Translations under genes and position numbers: made by a program
Shown: positions 41,412-54,423 of the stretch, one piece after another
Numbering within the stretch: the stretch's first letter is position 1
How the letters are laid out: the number at the start of each line of letters is the position of its first letter
NCBI GenBank assembly: GCA_964247055.1
Contig: OZ176059.1
Span: forward strand, 2,356,001-2,420,000
Reading direction: 5' to 3'
Source of the DNA: Paragordius varius
Lineage: Eukaryota; Animalia; Nematomorpha
DNA: 64,000 nt
Notes under the pieces: generated by a model
What the model was told of the DNA's origin: nothing
Database searches by the model: none
What the model saw: only the letters and a program-made list of their open reading frames with translations

Positions 41412-44400
41412 ATGGAACAAACAGATAAAAATACCAAATCATATCGCGAAGACGGGTTTAAGAGGAACACCCCATCTCATGTCATAGCAACTTCATTATC
41501 AAACGGTGCTCTCTTTCATAAAGGATTAAACAATGCCTCCAATGTCATAAGTCTCAATACTAATCTATCGCCCAGTCCCTGTACAAAAACTAAAATAAGC
41601 GTTGGAAATCATATTACCAGTGGTAGTATAAATGCAGACACACATAATAATAACATGATTGGATACAACAATATTGGCAGTGAGAATAGATGTAACATAA
41701 ATGATAACGTTATGACAAGAATATCAAATGTACCAAATGGTTTTCTTCCTAGCAACATGTTTACTGGGTACACCAGTGCCGATAACTCTGTTTCAAATCC
41801 ACAACCATTAGCCAGTTTTTCCGAATTTGAATTCATGCTATCATTGAATAATCACCCACAACACACGTTTCCAAAAATAATTAATGGTATAAAAATATTT
41901 TTAATGTGCTCCAAATTTACAATGTTTCAAATTATGTATTCGGTTAAGAATAGACATGAATAATTTTAACCATGTACTACCCATTTGCGTATCGGCCCGA
42001 TTTTCAATTCCTTTTTGTTTTATCCAGTCGGGTTTACATATTATTTTGCTGTTCGAATGACTTGACACTTGGGTTCCATTTTTTATATTGACGAAATGGT
42101 GCTATAGTCTTTATAATAATATGAATGTGTAAAAATCTAAAAAAATGAAATTATATATTTTTGCAACCGTTTAAAACCGCTCGGTTCCAAAAGCCCTTTC
42201 AGAAACAATGCGTATTATTTTATTAATCCAGAACGCGTTTTAAATACTATTCGAAACTATAAAATGCGATTATTATCTCTCTCTGACGTTTTTTATGTCT
42301 ATACATGTTTTAAAATGCACCGAAAATAATCTTTAAATTTTTGTTATATCATTACCGAATTAGTCTAGAATTTTTTAGTTCAAATTTAGTATTGTTTTAA
42401 ATTGCATAGGTTCTTTACCTCCAAGTCCAACTGATAGCGGTGTTTGCGATATAGATAATTTATCCCATTCCTCAACTACAGTACCTGCAGCGATGAACTT
42501 ACCCAGCGGTTGGCCAACAAGTAGTTTAAATGCTTTAACTATTCCCTCAAGCCTACCATATAATACATCAGTGATTGAAGTAAATACCGTAAGGGAATTG
42601 TCTAATGATCTCACATCCCCGCATACGAAAAACTACAATAAATTTAATAATACATATGCAAAAATTTATAACATTCCTATTATTAGTCAACAACAACAGG
42701 ATAGCATTAACAGTTCCGAGGAATTTAGACCAGATCAAACTGATAGGTTTAAGAATGAAGTCACGCACAGCGATGAACATAGGTTTATGCAATCATTTTA
42801 TCCTACCAAAACCGATAACAATTGGATATCGTCCATCAACACCAGTTATTATTATGCTAACAACCGAGTACAAACGAATCAAGGCATCATTAATAATTTA
42901 CACACTACTCTTCCATTTATGACGACACATGCTTACCCAACTTTGAAATTAGAGCCAGGTATGCTAGATTTTTTAATACTTATGTAAAATATGTATTGAA
43001 TATTTTAAATATCTTTGCACATGTACACAAAATGTATCCTGATGAAGAAATCCGTATATTCTAATGGATAAATATAGCAGGTTCTCATGGTGCTTTATAG
43101 TTTTGGGCTTTACGAGTAAATCGAGAAAGTTAAAAACACTTTTATATTTTTATAATTAGTTCATGTCGAAATATCGCAGCGCACTTTATGTTAACCTCCC
43201 AAAAAGTATCTATAAGATATATTATAATCTGTAAATAGAAAGCAAAACAATATTCAAATAATTAAAATACTTTACGAGAAAAACCATATGTAATTATTTA
43301 GAAAAGTATTTTTGTAAATCTCAAAGGTCAGTACCCGCAAGTCATCGACGGTCCAATTTAAATCCTTACGCGGCCCCTATAATTATTTCTAAATTTTTAA
43401 CAAAATAAGGATTTTAGACATTTACTGTGTCACAATGCCTTCACAAACATATTTTATCCTTAAATCTGGCAACCTTTTATTTAGTGATGGCTTCTGTACA
43501 CGTGATGGATATTTGAAAGTTCGCGTCCAAACTAAAAATTAATTGGCAAAAAGAATTATATTTTCTTGTATAAATAATGATAATAATTGAATGTTTGGTA
43601 CATTGGATATTTTTTTTCTAAAATGGTTCGACGTTCAAAAAGTTTCCCGACCCTTGACATAAATTGTTTTTATAGAGTTTTAATTATGCTTTAATATACC
43701 AGATGTTCTGAAAAATTAACTATTTCTTAATGTCAAAATCTCGCATGTACGAAATTATATCGCGCAATCTCGGCATTATTGCGTTAATTTTAGGGAAAGT
43801 AGCCTAATTTTTAGGTGCCTAAAATGTATGACTTTCAGAGCTCGTATCTAAAAATTAAAATTTAATATTTAAAATTATTTTGCTGTTTAAATAGGCTTTA
43901 TGATATATGTAATCATTATTTTGAAATGTAACACCAAAATATTTTACATAATATGGGCTAAATTTGCGTATTACGATACGGAGGATTAGCCCAAAAGTTT
44001 TTATGACTTTCTTGGGCCCAATACCAAAAAAACCATAATTTAAAATACATATATTGTAAGAACTACAATTTCGACCTTAAATCGATTTGGCACACTCTTA
44101 TATAATATGGCAAAAATGTGTCAGGATTTCCATAGTACTCTTAATCATAAAGCTTACGATTCAAATAAATTTTATCCACTTTAATCGCAAAGATAGGGCT
44201 CTATTTAATATTTTTTATAATGATTTATAGTTAGTTATGTTTCTATCAATTTACTGTTTTCATAAGTGGTAAAACCGGTTGATATATTTTAAAGGATAAA
44301 ATACCCAACCTTATTTTATATATTACCTACAGTTTCAGATGAAACATCCAATCAGTACGAAACCGAAATCTCTACAAATGACGAAGGACTAGGTAGCCGT

Positions 44401-47400
44401 TTAAACCAACACGCTTCACACATGCCCACACAAGATAAGTTAAATGGTAATGCATATTCAAACGCAAATTTTTACGATATAAATGATAATAGTAATAATC
44501 ACAATTTTTTGACATATAATTACCCGCTACCTGTCCATAACGGCATCATTGATACAGATTGTAAACTAGAATATATTCCTAAATCGCCCGATAAAAATTT
44601 AATGATTGAGCCGGGTACAGCTAAAATTGAAAACCAATTATTATCATCTGCCGGGACTACCTATACATCACCGTTAACTAATGAAACGTCTTCTAATTCT
44701 CTGTGTGCTTTGGAATCCTTTAGTGCTAACACGTTTAAATATTCATCGACTAAATTAACGCACAACTCCAACGATAACAATAGTCATCAATTATTACTAA
44801 GTAGTAATAACGATTATGATTACAAAATCAATGGAACTAACATGGATTCCCTTACTGCTAATTTTAACAGCAAAAATGACCCAAAGCAAATTGGTAATAT
44901 ATTTTTTACTGCTATATAAAATGTGCTATGCCAGGGGCGAAACCCAAACATAAACGATTAACCTTTTTTGAGATCTTTATAATAAAAACGGTACCAAAAC
45001 CAAACCGCACTTCTGGACTGTTAAAATTTCATCACTTTTATATAGTAAATTGTCAATTTATACGAAAACGTATGTAAAGGCAAATATTATTTAAATGTCA
45101 ATACTTTTTTAAACCTTAATTTATTTTATAAAAATATTTTACAATCGTCAAATACATATTTGATTCAATTACATCTATATATTATATTTTGCAGTTTATA
45201 ACAATCAATTATTAAATAAATCAAGTTTTAAAAGTATGGTTATTTTAAAAAAATAATATTTATATTTATTATTATATTTTTACGTTTTGTCCGCAAAATT
45301 TGAATTTTTTACTGTAAATAGAATACTTATAATTTTTAATAGAAAACTAACTTTTTTTCAATAATAAATTTTTTTAATTATACGTTTTTTTCTGTAAACT
45401 AATGAAAATAAAGCTCAAAAACTAGTAATTTATGAGTCCCAAATAGTATTACAAAAAATATGTTGATCCGGAATCAATATATATTAAAACCGGAACAAAA
45501 AAATAAATCGTTTTTAATTACCACCAAAAATCTCAATTCAACAGCAAAAGCCACCCATTAATGTTTATGTTCTTAAAATTATATAAATTTTTGATTTTTT
45601 ATTTTGTAGATGATATAATTAAACCAATGGATTGGCATACATTAACAACATCAAACTCCAAATTAAATGATAATAAAAAATTAGCCAAGGAGGGTATCCC
45701 ATTTTTTTTCTAAAAAAATTTTTAATGCCTTTTGTTAGGTCTATAAAATCAATATGTATTACGTTAATATTTCATGGTATTTTATATATATCGATAAAAT
45801 AGGCACTAAAAAATGGATAAAATCTCCAATTAATCTGCCATCATCAACATCATTCAATACAACAACAAAGTTTTGCCGTATACCATCAACTCCCCATAAA
45901 TTTGGGCATCTAACTTCTTCATTTGCACTGAGGCGAAAAGGTTTTTATAATATATATTGCTGTTAAATAATTGTTGAGGCCATGTCTTAAAAATATGCGA
46001 AATATAAAAAAATGGTCTTAACCGACGATTTTGTGTCATCTTTAAATTTGAAATTAATTAATTTAAATATATGTATATGGTTATATATAATAAAAACGTT
46101 ACCTAATAAAGTTTAAACAGTTTTTTACACTTACAAAATTGATTAACTCAAAAGTGTTAAAATCACAAAAGCTAGGTCACAATTCTTCATTAAACTTGCT
46201 TAAAATTTTAGTTTTGCCAAATTCTGACATTAAAGCTCATCAAATTATTTTTGTATAAATACCTTGGAAATCGTATGATTAATTGGATATTAACAATTTG
46301 ATTCAAATTGAAGGATCCAAATACCCCAGACTAAATTTGAGTGAGGATTTTTCAAAAACTACTGAAGGAAACGGTCCCAATTTAAATTTATGCTTCTATC
46401 CTAATAAAAATTATATAAATATGCCAAAATTTCTAAATAAAATTTTGTTTTGAGAAAAACTTCCATATCAAATTACTTTGACGCCATTTTTATTTCACAA
46501 AATTTTTGCACTATCGTCTTCGTTAAAATTTAAGAGTATAATGAAAGCCTAATTTTTATTTAAATTACAACTTACATTGATAGAAATAGAAAAAGCGGTT
46601 TATTTTGTATTATTTTTTTGATTTTACCATTTCACATATGTCAACTTGACGAAATTTTTACCTTTCGGTTTTAGCTTAAAATAAGTAATATCAAGTATTT
46701 TTTAATGAAAAATTTTATATATTTCGGTTTATTAATGTTATATAAGTGCAAAATTTTGCTATGGTTTCGATTCCTTCCATATTTTTTAAAGAATTTAATT
46801 TTAACCAGGCGGGGTATCCAACTACCCCAATTTGAATCGAAGGACTGAAATGAATGTGTTGTATCCAAGTGTTACATATAAAAATTTTAGCTAAAATTAT
46901 TATATTATTTTTGAATATTATAGGCCATCCATGCTTTAAAAAAACTTCAGGTATTTATCACAAGTTATGTAGTAGCATTAATTAAATTGTATATTAACTT
47001 TAACCGAATGCAATAAATACAACAAAAATTTTAATAAACCGCCACAACTTTCTTTTAAATATCTTTAGATTACCAAGCTTTCTTGAGTCTTTTATCTTAA
47101 AAATATATGATAAAATTTATCGCTTCTTTAATGTTTTTAAAAAGTTACCAAAATGCTTAATCAGCTGCATGCGCAACATGGCTTGTTGTATTAACTTCTT
47201 TTATATAACTTTCATTAAAAGCTTTTCCCTCTCTCTACTTATAACAGTCGATCCCCTAAAACGTACAAACAAACCCCAAATTTTGAGACAGTCTATTTTT
47301 TATTTTTAAAGATTGGTTATAGGATTTAATATTCACAAATTTATTCTCATAGTATATTAGAATTAAAGGTTTGTCAACGATTTGCTGCATAAAAACAATT

Positions 47401-48622
47401 GTTTTATAGTATGTAATCAATATATTTTTTGACATCAAATCATATATTTTAAGGTTGTACCACGTATTTATGGGAATTCTTACTCCAATTGCTACATGAT
47501 GAAACAGTTTGCCCAAGGTACATTAAATGGACTGATCGTGAAAAGGGTATATTTAAGCTGGTTGATTCGAAAGCCGTATCCAAACTTTGGGGTCGTCATA
47601 AAAACAAACCCGACATGAATTATGAAACAATGGGACGTGCTTTAAGGTCATAGAATTAATTAACCACTTAAGATAATATTTATATTTGTATTGTTCAAAA
47701 ATTAAAAATAAATTTTAATATGACAATCTTTTTCATGAAAGTTGCTTAGGGTAAATCATTTTGAAAACATATTATCATGCGAATAATACATGCTATTTTT
47801 CCATTAAAATTTTACAGGTATTATTATCAAAGGGGCATACTAGCTAAGGTCGATGGTCAACGCCTAGTATATCAATTTGTTAATGTGAATCACACCATTT
47901 TACAGACAAACCCACGAAAAATACTTCTTAAACACCCCGATTCCCAATCGGATAAAAAGAAATCTGAATTGGTGGAAAAGAAATCAAATGCTTTCGAAGG
48001 AAAAACCAAAATTAACAACACGCTCACCAAAGAAAATGAATCAAGAAATATAAAGCCTACATTATCCAATCAACATACCACGAACAACAATACCAATATG
48101 AGTGGCCGTAACATTAACTTGAATACGACTTCGACCAATGCTTCTATCAACACTGCTGGATTAGATTCTTTCATGATGTATAAACCATCCTTTTACAGTG
48201 ATTACCATCAATTTTATAATGAACATTGCCCATTAGCTCTAATATCATCATCAACTCAATCAGGCTTTCATCAATCCCCTTATTTATATTCCAATTCCCA
48301 TGCTGAACAAAACAATAATACCATTTATAACATGAACCTTGGTTGTTCCAAAGATCAACATTTGGTTAAAAGTACGAATTGTTTTAACACCAATCAATTT
48401 TATTACAGTAACGATAATTTTAATAATGTGTTGAATATAAATAAGGAAAATGATAATGATGCAAAAAGACTATTCTATAACAATTATAATAATTCCAAAA
48501 ATTATTATGATGACATTACACAGAATAAAAATAGCTCAGGTGAAAGTAATGGTACTAAAAACAACCATATTGAGTATTTGGAAAACGCAACATGTAACAT
48601 TATACCATTTTTAGCAGCATAA
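41412..48622 (+). CDS. E74: ETS transcription factor, E74/ELF subfamily; join(41412..41886,42410..42958,44339..44893,45610..45693,47454..47646,47818..48622), 2661 nt, ~886 aa
   Basis: ETS domain [16 protein letters not shown]...[42 protein letters not shown]|[20 protein letters not shown] is nearly identical to insect E74 as recalled. The motif [16 protein letters not shown] resembles the E74A LPPSPADSGVSDVD motif. Introns are GT-AG, phases 1,1,1,1,2. The first coding exon has a strong acceptor at 41381-82, so upstream exons probably exist. Confidence 0.9.
47462..47878 (+). other. ETS DNA-binding domain split by a 171-nt phase-2 intron (47647..47817)
   Basis: Manual translation of exon 47454..47646, which is absent from the ORF track, joins to ORF 47777..48622. 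Confidence 0.95.
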
Positions 48623-49619
48623 ACACATTAATTTACATCTTGTAACAGTTACATATACAATCAAATTAAAAATGTATAAAAATATTTTATTCCAAAATAT
48701 ATTATATTATATCATATCTTTTATTAGGTCTCATTCGTATAATTTGTGAAGAAAATAATAGTAGATAAAGGATGATGATACGCTGCCATCAAAAAAAATA
48801 ATTTTTTAATGATTGAATTTAATAATATAAAATAAACGATAACCAAATTGTATATAATTCATTTTCGCTTAAAACACTTAATTTTGGTTGTTTGAGCTAT
48901 TTTAGGTAAATTAAAATAATGAAATTTACACTTTTGTAATTATTACATATTGTTACCGTTTTTGGCGCATTTCGCTCTGCATTTTTATCTCTAATATGGC
49001 GTTGAAACTTTTTTTTTAAATTTTAGAAAGCTAATTAAGTGTATCTAAAAACATTTTTTTAACGAAAAATACGAATGAGATCCTAAAATTAGATACATAT
49101 CTATAGGAACACCATAATTTGTTAAATTGAATTTCACGCACCAAATGCCAAACAATTATTGCAAATTTTTCAGCAAAACATATTTAAAAAATATTTATTT
49201 TTATACATTAAAAATTTCTAAAACCACAAATAAGGAATATATATACTTTTGTTTTCTTATAAAGTCGTTATTTGTTAAAATTGTTACCAAAAATCATTTT
49301 TATTGATATATTAATAACCCATTTAACAATTAATAAATATTCTAAATTAATGTTTGAAAAATTATATAGACTACTAATTTAATTTTGATACAAAAAATAC
49401 CTTAGGCGTCCTATACACAATTTTTTATGATATACAGTATCCGAAAAATATACCCTTATGAAATTTATATAGTATGACATATACCAGGATTAACTAAGTG
49501 GGTCGGTTTTGAACCTTGAGAGAGATTAAATAAAGTTATAAAAAAGTTTCTGGTAATTACTTCATATCAGAAAATATCGAATCATTTTGTTTTTGGTATA
49601 CTCTATTCTTCCAACAAAT

Positions 49620-49760
49620 ATTACTAAATTATATCTTAATCTAGATACAAAAAGCAAAACAATATTTTAAAATTTTAAAATATATATGGCCCCGAAATTC
49701 TCAAATCACTGAACCCTTTCAAAATAAGATTTTTCTTAAAATAAATGCAAAAGGCAAGAT
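49620..49760. repeat. Dispersed repeat, with a second copy at ~62870-63000
   Basis: Shared caaaacaatatttt-aaaattttaaa ... ttcttaaaataaa.gcaaaa segments. Confidence 0.5.
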
Positions 49761-50014
49761 TACGCGGTAAAAAATTGAAATCTATACTAATTTTTTAAAT
49801 AAAAAATTGTTACCAAAAAAGGATATGTCAGTTAAAATAATATATAGCAATACTTTTGTGAAGCAAGTTATATGGTTGAAGCATGGAGGAAACGGTAAAA
49901 AATACTTTAAAATATTATGTAAACACACTTTATAATCGATGATGATGAACGTTTCTATCACCTCACAATTTAACTTTAAAGGTTAAAGCTTTTAAATTGG
50001 GTGTCTTGTTTGAA

Positions 50015-50566
50015 ATCTATATATTAAAAATGGAAAGTGGTGGCTTTGTGATCTGTTTCCGGAAAACCGGGAGACCCATTCAAATCCAAACATCGAAAAA
50101 ATATAATCATTAATGAATGACCCGACAATAGCTTCGCCCTTTTTAGAAATAGGCCCCCAGTTCGGACCCACCCCGTGTGAAAAACGGGTTTTTTTAAAAG
50201 ATCCATAAAAATCGTGTCTTTGAGACAATTTTCCGGAGAACGTTTGGACCATTCAATTTCAAATATGATTTTTGTTTACTTATTTTCGATTGCGCCGAAC
50301 CGGCTCGCTTTTTTAACTTGGGCCCTCTTTTTACCCGCTCCCCCCGTAAAATGCCATTTTTTTAATTTTTTGAATCTATTTTCCCCCCAAGTCAACAATA
50401 TATTAGTATGAATGCACCGTTTTAAAATTCCTATGAGATCATAGCTATCAAATAGTGTTTCGAAATAATCCACATATGTGGATCATTTTATTGTCCCTTT
50501 TTTCAAACCATCCAAGAATCCTTCGGACTTCTGCAGGCTGCGTAGCAAAACGAGATTGCCACTAGT
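50015..50566 (-). mobile_element. Third, array-less ~550-bp copy of the Helitron-like element
   Basis: The minus strand reads actagtggcaatctcg... through ...tttccatttttaatatatagat; the 5' and 3' modules are directly joined. Confidence 0.7.
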
Positions 50567-51760
50567 CAATTTATATACTACAATAATTATTGTAGCGATT
50601 AAATATTTTAATTACAATTCTATGGTAAAAGAAATGCTTGGCATCCTCAAATTATGTAAAAAACTGTTTCTACAAAATCAAGCGTTTTTATACCGTTTCC
50701 ATCATGCCTTAAATTAGTATAAAGTATGCTTAAAAAATTTGATTAAAATTAAATTTTTAAGAGCAAAGTATGCAATTTTTTGCCTAATCGCAGCAAATTA
50801 AAAATTATTAAAACAAAATCTCGGAATTTTTGCGTTTATACAGCCTATTTTAGAAAGGCAAATTTTAAGATGAAGTTAATATCTAAAATTAAAATTGTAT
50901 ATTTTTTTGGAATAAAGCATTTTCACCAAAAGATTTTTATTACAAATTTTTCCTTTTTACGAGATTTAGAAATCATCACTTTTTAATCACCTGTGAGCCC
51001 TAAAATCAAAAGCGCTATGGAATCCTAATATATTTATCTATCAAAATATATAACCAGGGAGATATTACTTATATATTCCAATTTTGGAAGGTGTTAGTTT
51101 TTGCAAGAGTGTACGTAAAACATTTGTTTTTTTTTCATACATCAAATGGTAGGATTGAGTTTTTGATCGGTTAAAAAATACTAACCGTTTTGACTGCTAA
51201 TGAATGCAATCATCATAGTCATAACCAGCCAAATACGAAAATTGGAAATATATGCTTTGCATAAAAAAGATTGATTAAATTTCAGGTATACCATTATGAT
51301 GTGAACTAAACATACGTTAAAAAAACTTGTTATTTTTATAAGTGGTCAAAGATGCATTTTGCTACGATCATATCCCCTAAACTCTGCATAGTAAATGATT
51401 AAAAAAAATTCTTTTGCACCTTTAATAAATGTTATCTTTTTGATAACTTTGACTAAACCTCGAGTGTTCGGCTCCATAAAATTTGCAGTGATAACAACTT
51501 ATATAACCATTGATTTTTTTGTATTTTTTTAAAGCTGTATTTAATCGTTACTAATATATTCAATCATATATTGGACATAAACAGTAATTTTTTATTTCAT
51601 TACAAAATTTAGTGCTAAGCAGGTAAATTTGATCGAAATCAAAAATTAGCTAATAAATGTTTATTAGCTGATCAATGGTCCCAAACTGTCTTGAATAGGG
51701 AGTTTATATAATAGCTATAGGCGCGCTAAATATCCCAATAAAATTTTAAGAATGTTCTTG

Positions 51761-51845
51761 AACACTCAAGTTGGCCTTGAACATTTCAAGTTAATCCTTA
51801 TACACTTCAAGTTGTCCCTTTAACACTTCAGGTTGGTCCTTAAAC
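51761..51845. repeat. Minisatellite, four ~20-bp units (aacacttcaagttggcctt)
   Basis: Direct inspection. Confidence 0.75.
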
Positions 51846-54138
51846 TTTTTAAGCCTGGATTTTAACCATAAATTTTGCATGGATTTGTTTAGTTTATTAA
51901 TTAACCTACCTTATTTATTACATATTTGTTTAAAATAAATATTTTTTATCTAAAAACCAATTTTTTGTTACAAACTATTTTTTTCCAATTCAACAATTTT
52001 AACAAAATGTTTTCAATAAAAAAATGTAATATCTCCCCAGAAAACTTATTCAATTCCCTGTTAACTTTTTAAAATTAATATAAATTTTAAGAACTTAGTA
52101 AAGATATATTTGGTTTCCAGTGACATACCGTGCGGCGCCGGGGCAGTAAACTTTTATGGGACCTATTTTTTGAAAATTGTTATTGGTATTACTTGTCAAT
52201 AAATTTTTTATGATAAAACTAATAAAAATTTAAATTTAACATCTCTCAGCCTAAAGAATCGTTTCCATTTGTTGTTTCTCCAATATGCATAACCCAAAAA
52301 ATTTCACTTTCTCCAGAAAAGATCAGCATGGCGTTTGTTTTCAATTAATCTTCTGCATGTATAACGCTGACGTCTAAAATGGTAGTAACCTATGAATACA
52401 CCTTGTATGTCAAAAGCTTTTGCTATTAAATTTATACATTTACAATTCAATAAACTGCCTAAGATAGTGTACGCTTGCATTTGTAATGCCAATGTATTTG
52501 CATTCAGAAATCAATTTGCTAAAGGCTCATGGCCGATATATGTTAAAAGTGCGACATTAAAAATCAGATAAATGACATTTTTTAACTTAATAACAATCAA
52601 ATTAAAATGTTTTGAATGGATATATGTCATATTGCAGGCAATTCGTTGCACTCCTCAATATCATAAAACATTTTTTTTGTATTGTTTGTTGAATCGTTTA
52701 AGCTCCAACAAATATATGTCATTTTTAATTTTACATTTTAATTTTGGTTGGCTATTAGCCATAGCAACAATTTTTTTAATAACCAAAAACCTTCCTCAAA
52801 AACATCATTTGAATAAATTTTATAAATATATAAATTTTTTTTAAATTTTATCTATAAATTGGACACCACTATTGTCGCATTGTAAGACATAAGTTTATTT
52901 TTTTTACTATTTTAGAAACCGGTTAAAAACTAGGCGCAAAAAAAATCCATGTGATTAATAAAAATGGCTGTTCCACAACATTTAAAAAATCTTGTTTGTA
53001 AAAATATTTCGCAAAACAAATAGTTAACATATATAAAAATTGTCATCTCTATATTCTTAATTTCGTCTGTTATAGAATATATAATTTTTAATTAATAGTT
53101 TATCGATTACATGAATTAATATAGCATTTAATATATTACTAGAGTAAAATTCATAGTTAAAAGAATGTATTGCATAATATATGGATAAACACTTTTTTGT
53201 AACAATATTGAAAAATTAATAATTAGAATGATACTTGTAAATAAAATAACTCTAGATAATTTTAAATAATTAACAACTAACATCTATTTTTGGCGGCCAC
53301 ATAAGATATATATATATATATATATATATCGTATTATATAATTTGATGAATAAAATTCCATGTAAGTTATATATGTTAATAAAATTTTACTTTTATAATT
53401 ATTCATTCCAATTTAATAATATATAATATAAATTCGACAACTAGTGTAACAATAAATTTTTAACTTATATCCGGCTCCAAAAATTAAATAAAAAAAATGT
53501 GATTATGTTTGCAAAAATAATTCGAACAAAAAAATGATGATTATACCGTGAGTATACGCAAAAAATGTTATCTTAGTTGAATATTTGTTATCTTCTCTAT
53601 ACATCTTATGAATATATTGTTCTTGGCATTCATTAAAAATTTATTAATGTAACAACCATCTTGTGGTATCCTGGAAACAAAATAATTTATATTTTATTGT
53701 TAAGGTTACTATATAGTTAACACAATAAGATCATTTAACCGAAACTAACCCCAATACGATTATTCTGTGAAAGAATAATATAAAAAACTGTGCTCTAGTA
53801 GGTCTCGAATCAGAAATTTTAGCATATTGCCAGTATTGTTAACCTTTTCACATTCCAATTATAAACTTTTGGTTTTTTGTGCAAAATGATGGTACAACGC
53901 ATGAGAAGAAAAAAATAAATTAAAAAAGTTTTGCGTGACTATGTTGATAATGTTAAAAATTGTGTTTCCCATTGCTATCTCGGTTAATTATTTTTTAGCC
54001 CTATTTTAGCGGATATTGTTTCAGCTCTTGTCCGTTCAGGCTAATAATTACGGTTATAACCTCCCCCCTCCCATACTGTTTTTGAACAATTGAGTGCTTC
54101 TAATCATATTTTGGGGTATTACTGTTGAGTTTGAGCTA

Positions 54139-54386
54139 TCATCCTTTTATATCCTGATTCGAATCAGCTGATCTTTGAATAAAACTTTTTATTTGGTTAT
54201 CCAAACCGTGTATAATATCGGTCAATGTATAATACAGAGGAGATGATGATTTATCAATAACATTATTATTATTATTGCTACTATGACTGGTTTCATAGTT
54301 TTTACCATCGGACGAACTAAAAAATTAATATATATCTAGACCACAACATATTGATATGGTATAAATAAAATATTATCTAAAGATTT

Positions 54387-54423
<37 letters not shown>

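Noticed and set aside
45694-47453. U12-type intron in E74 (donor GTATCC)
   Set aside because: The donor continues CA rather than TT, and there is no TCCTTAAC branch site near the acceptor.
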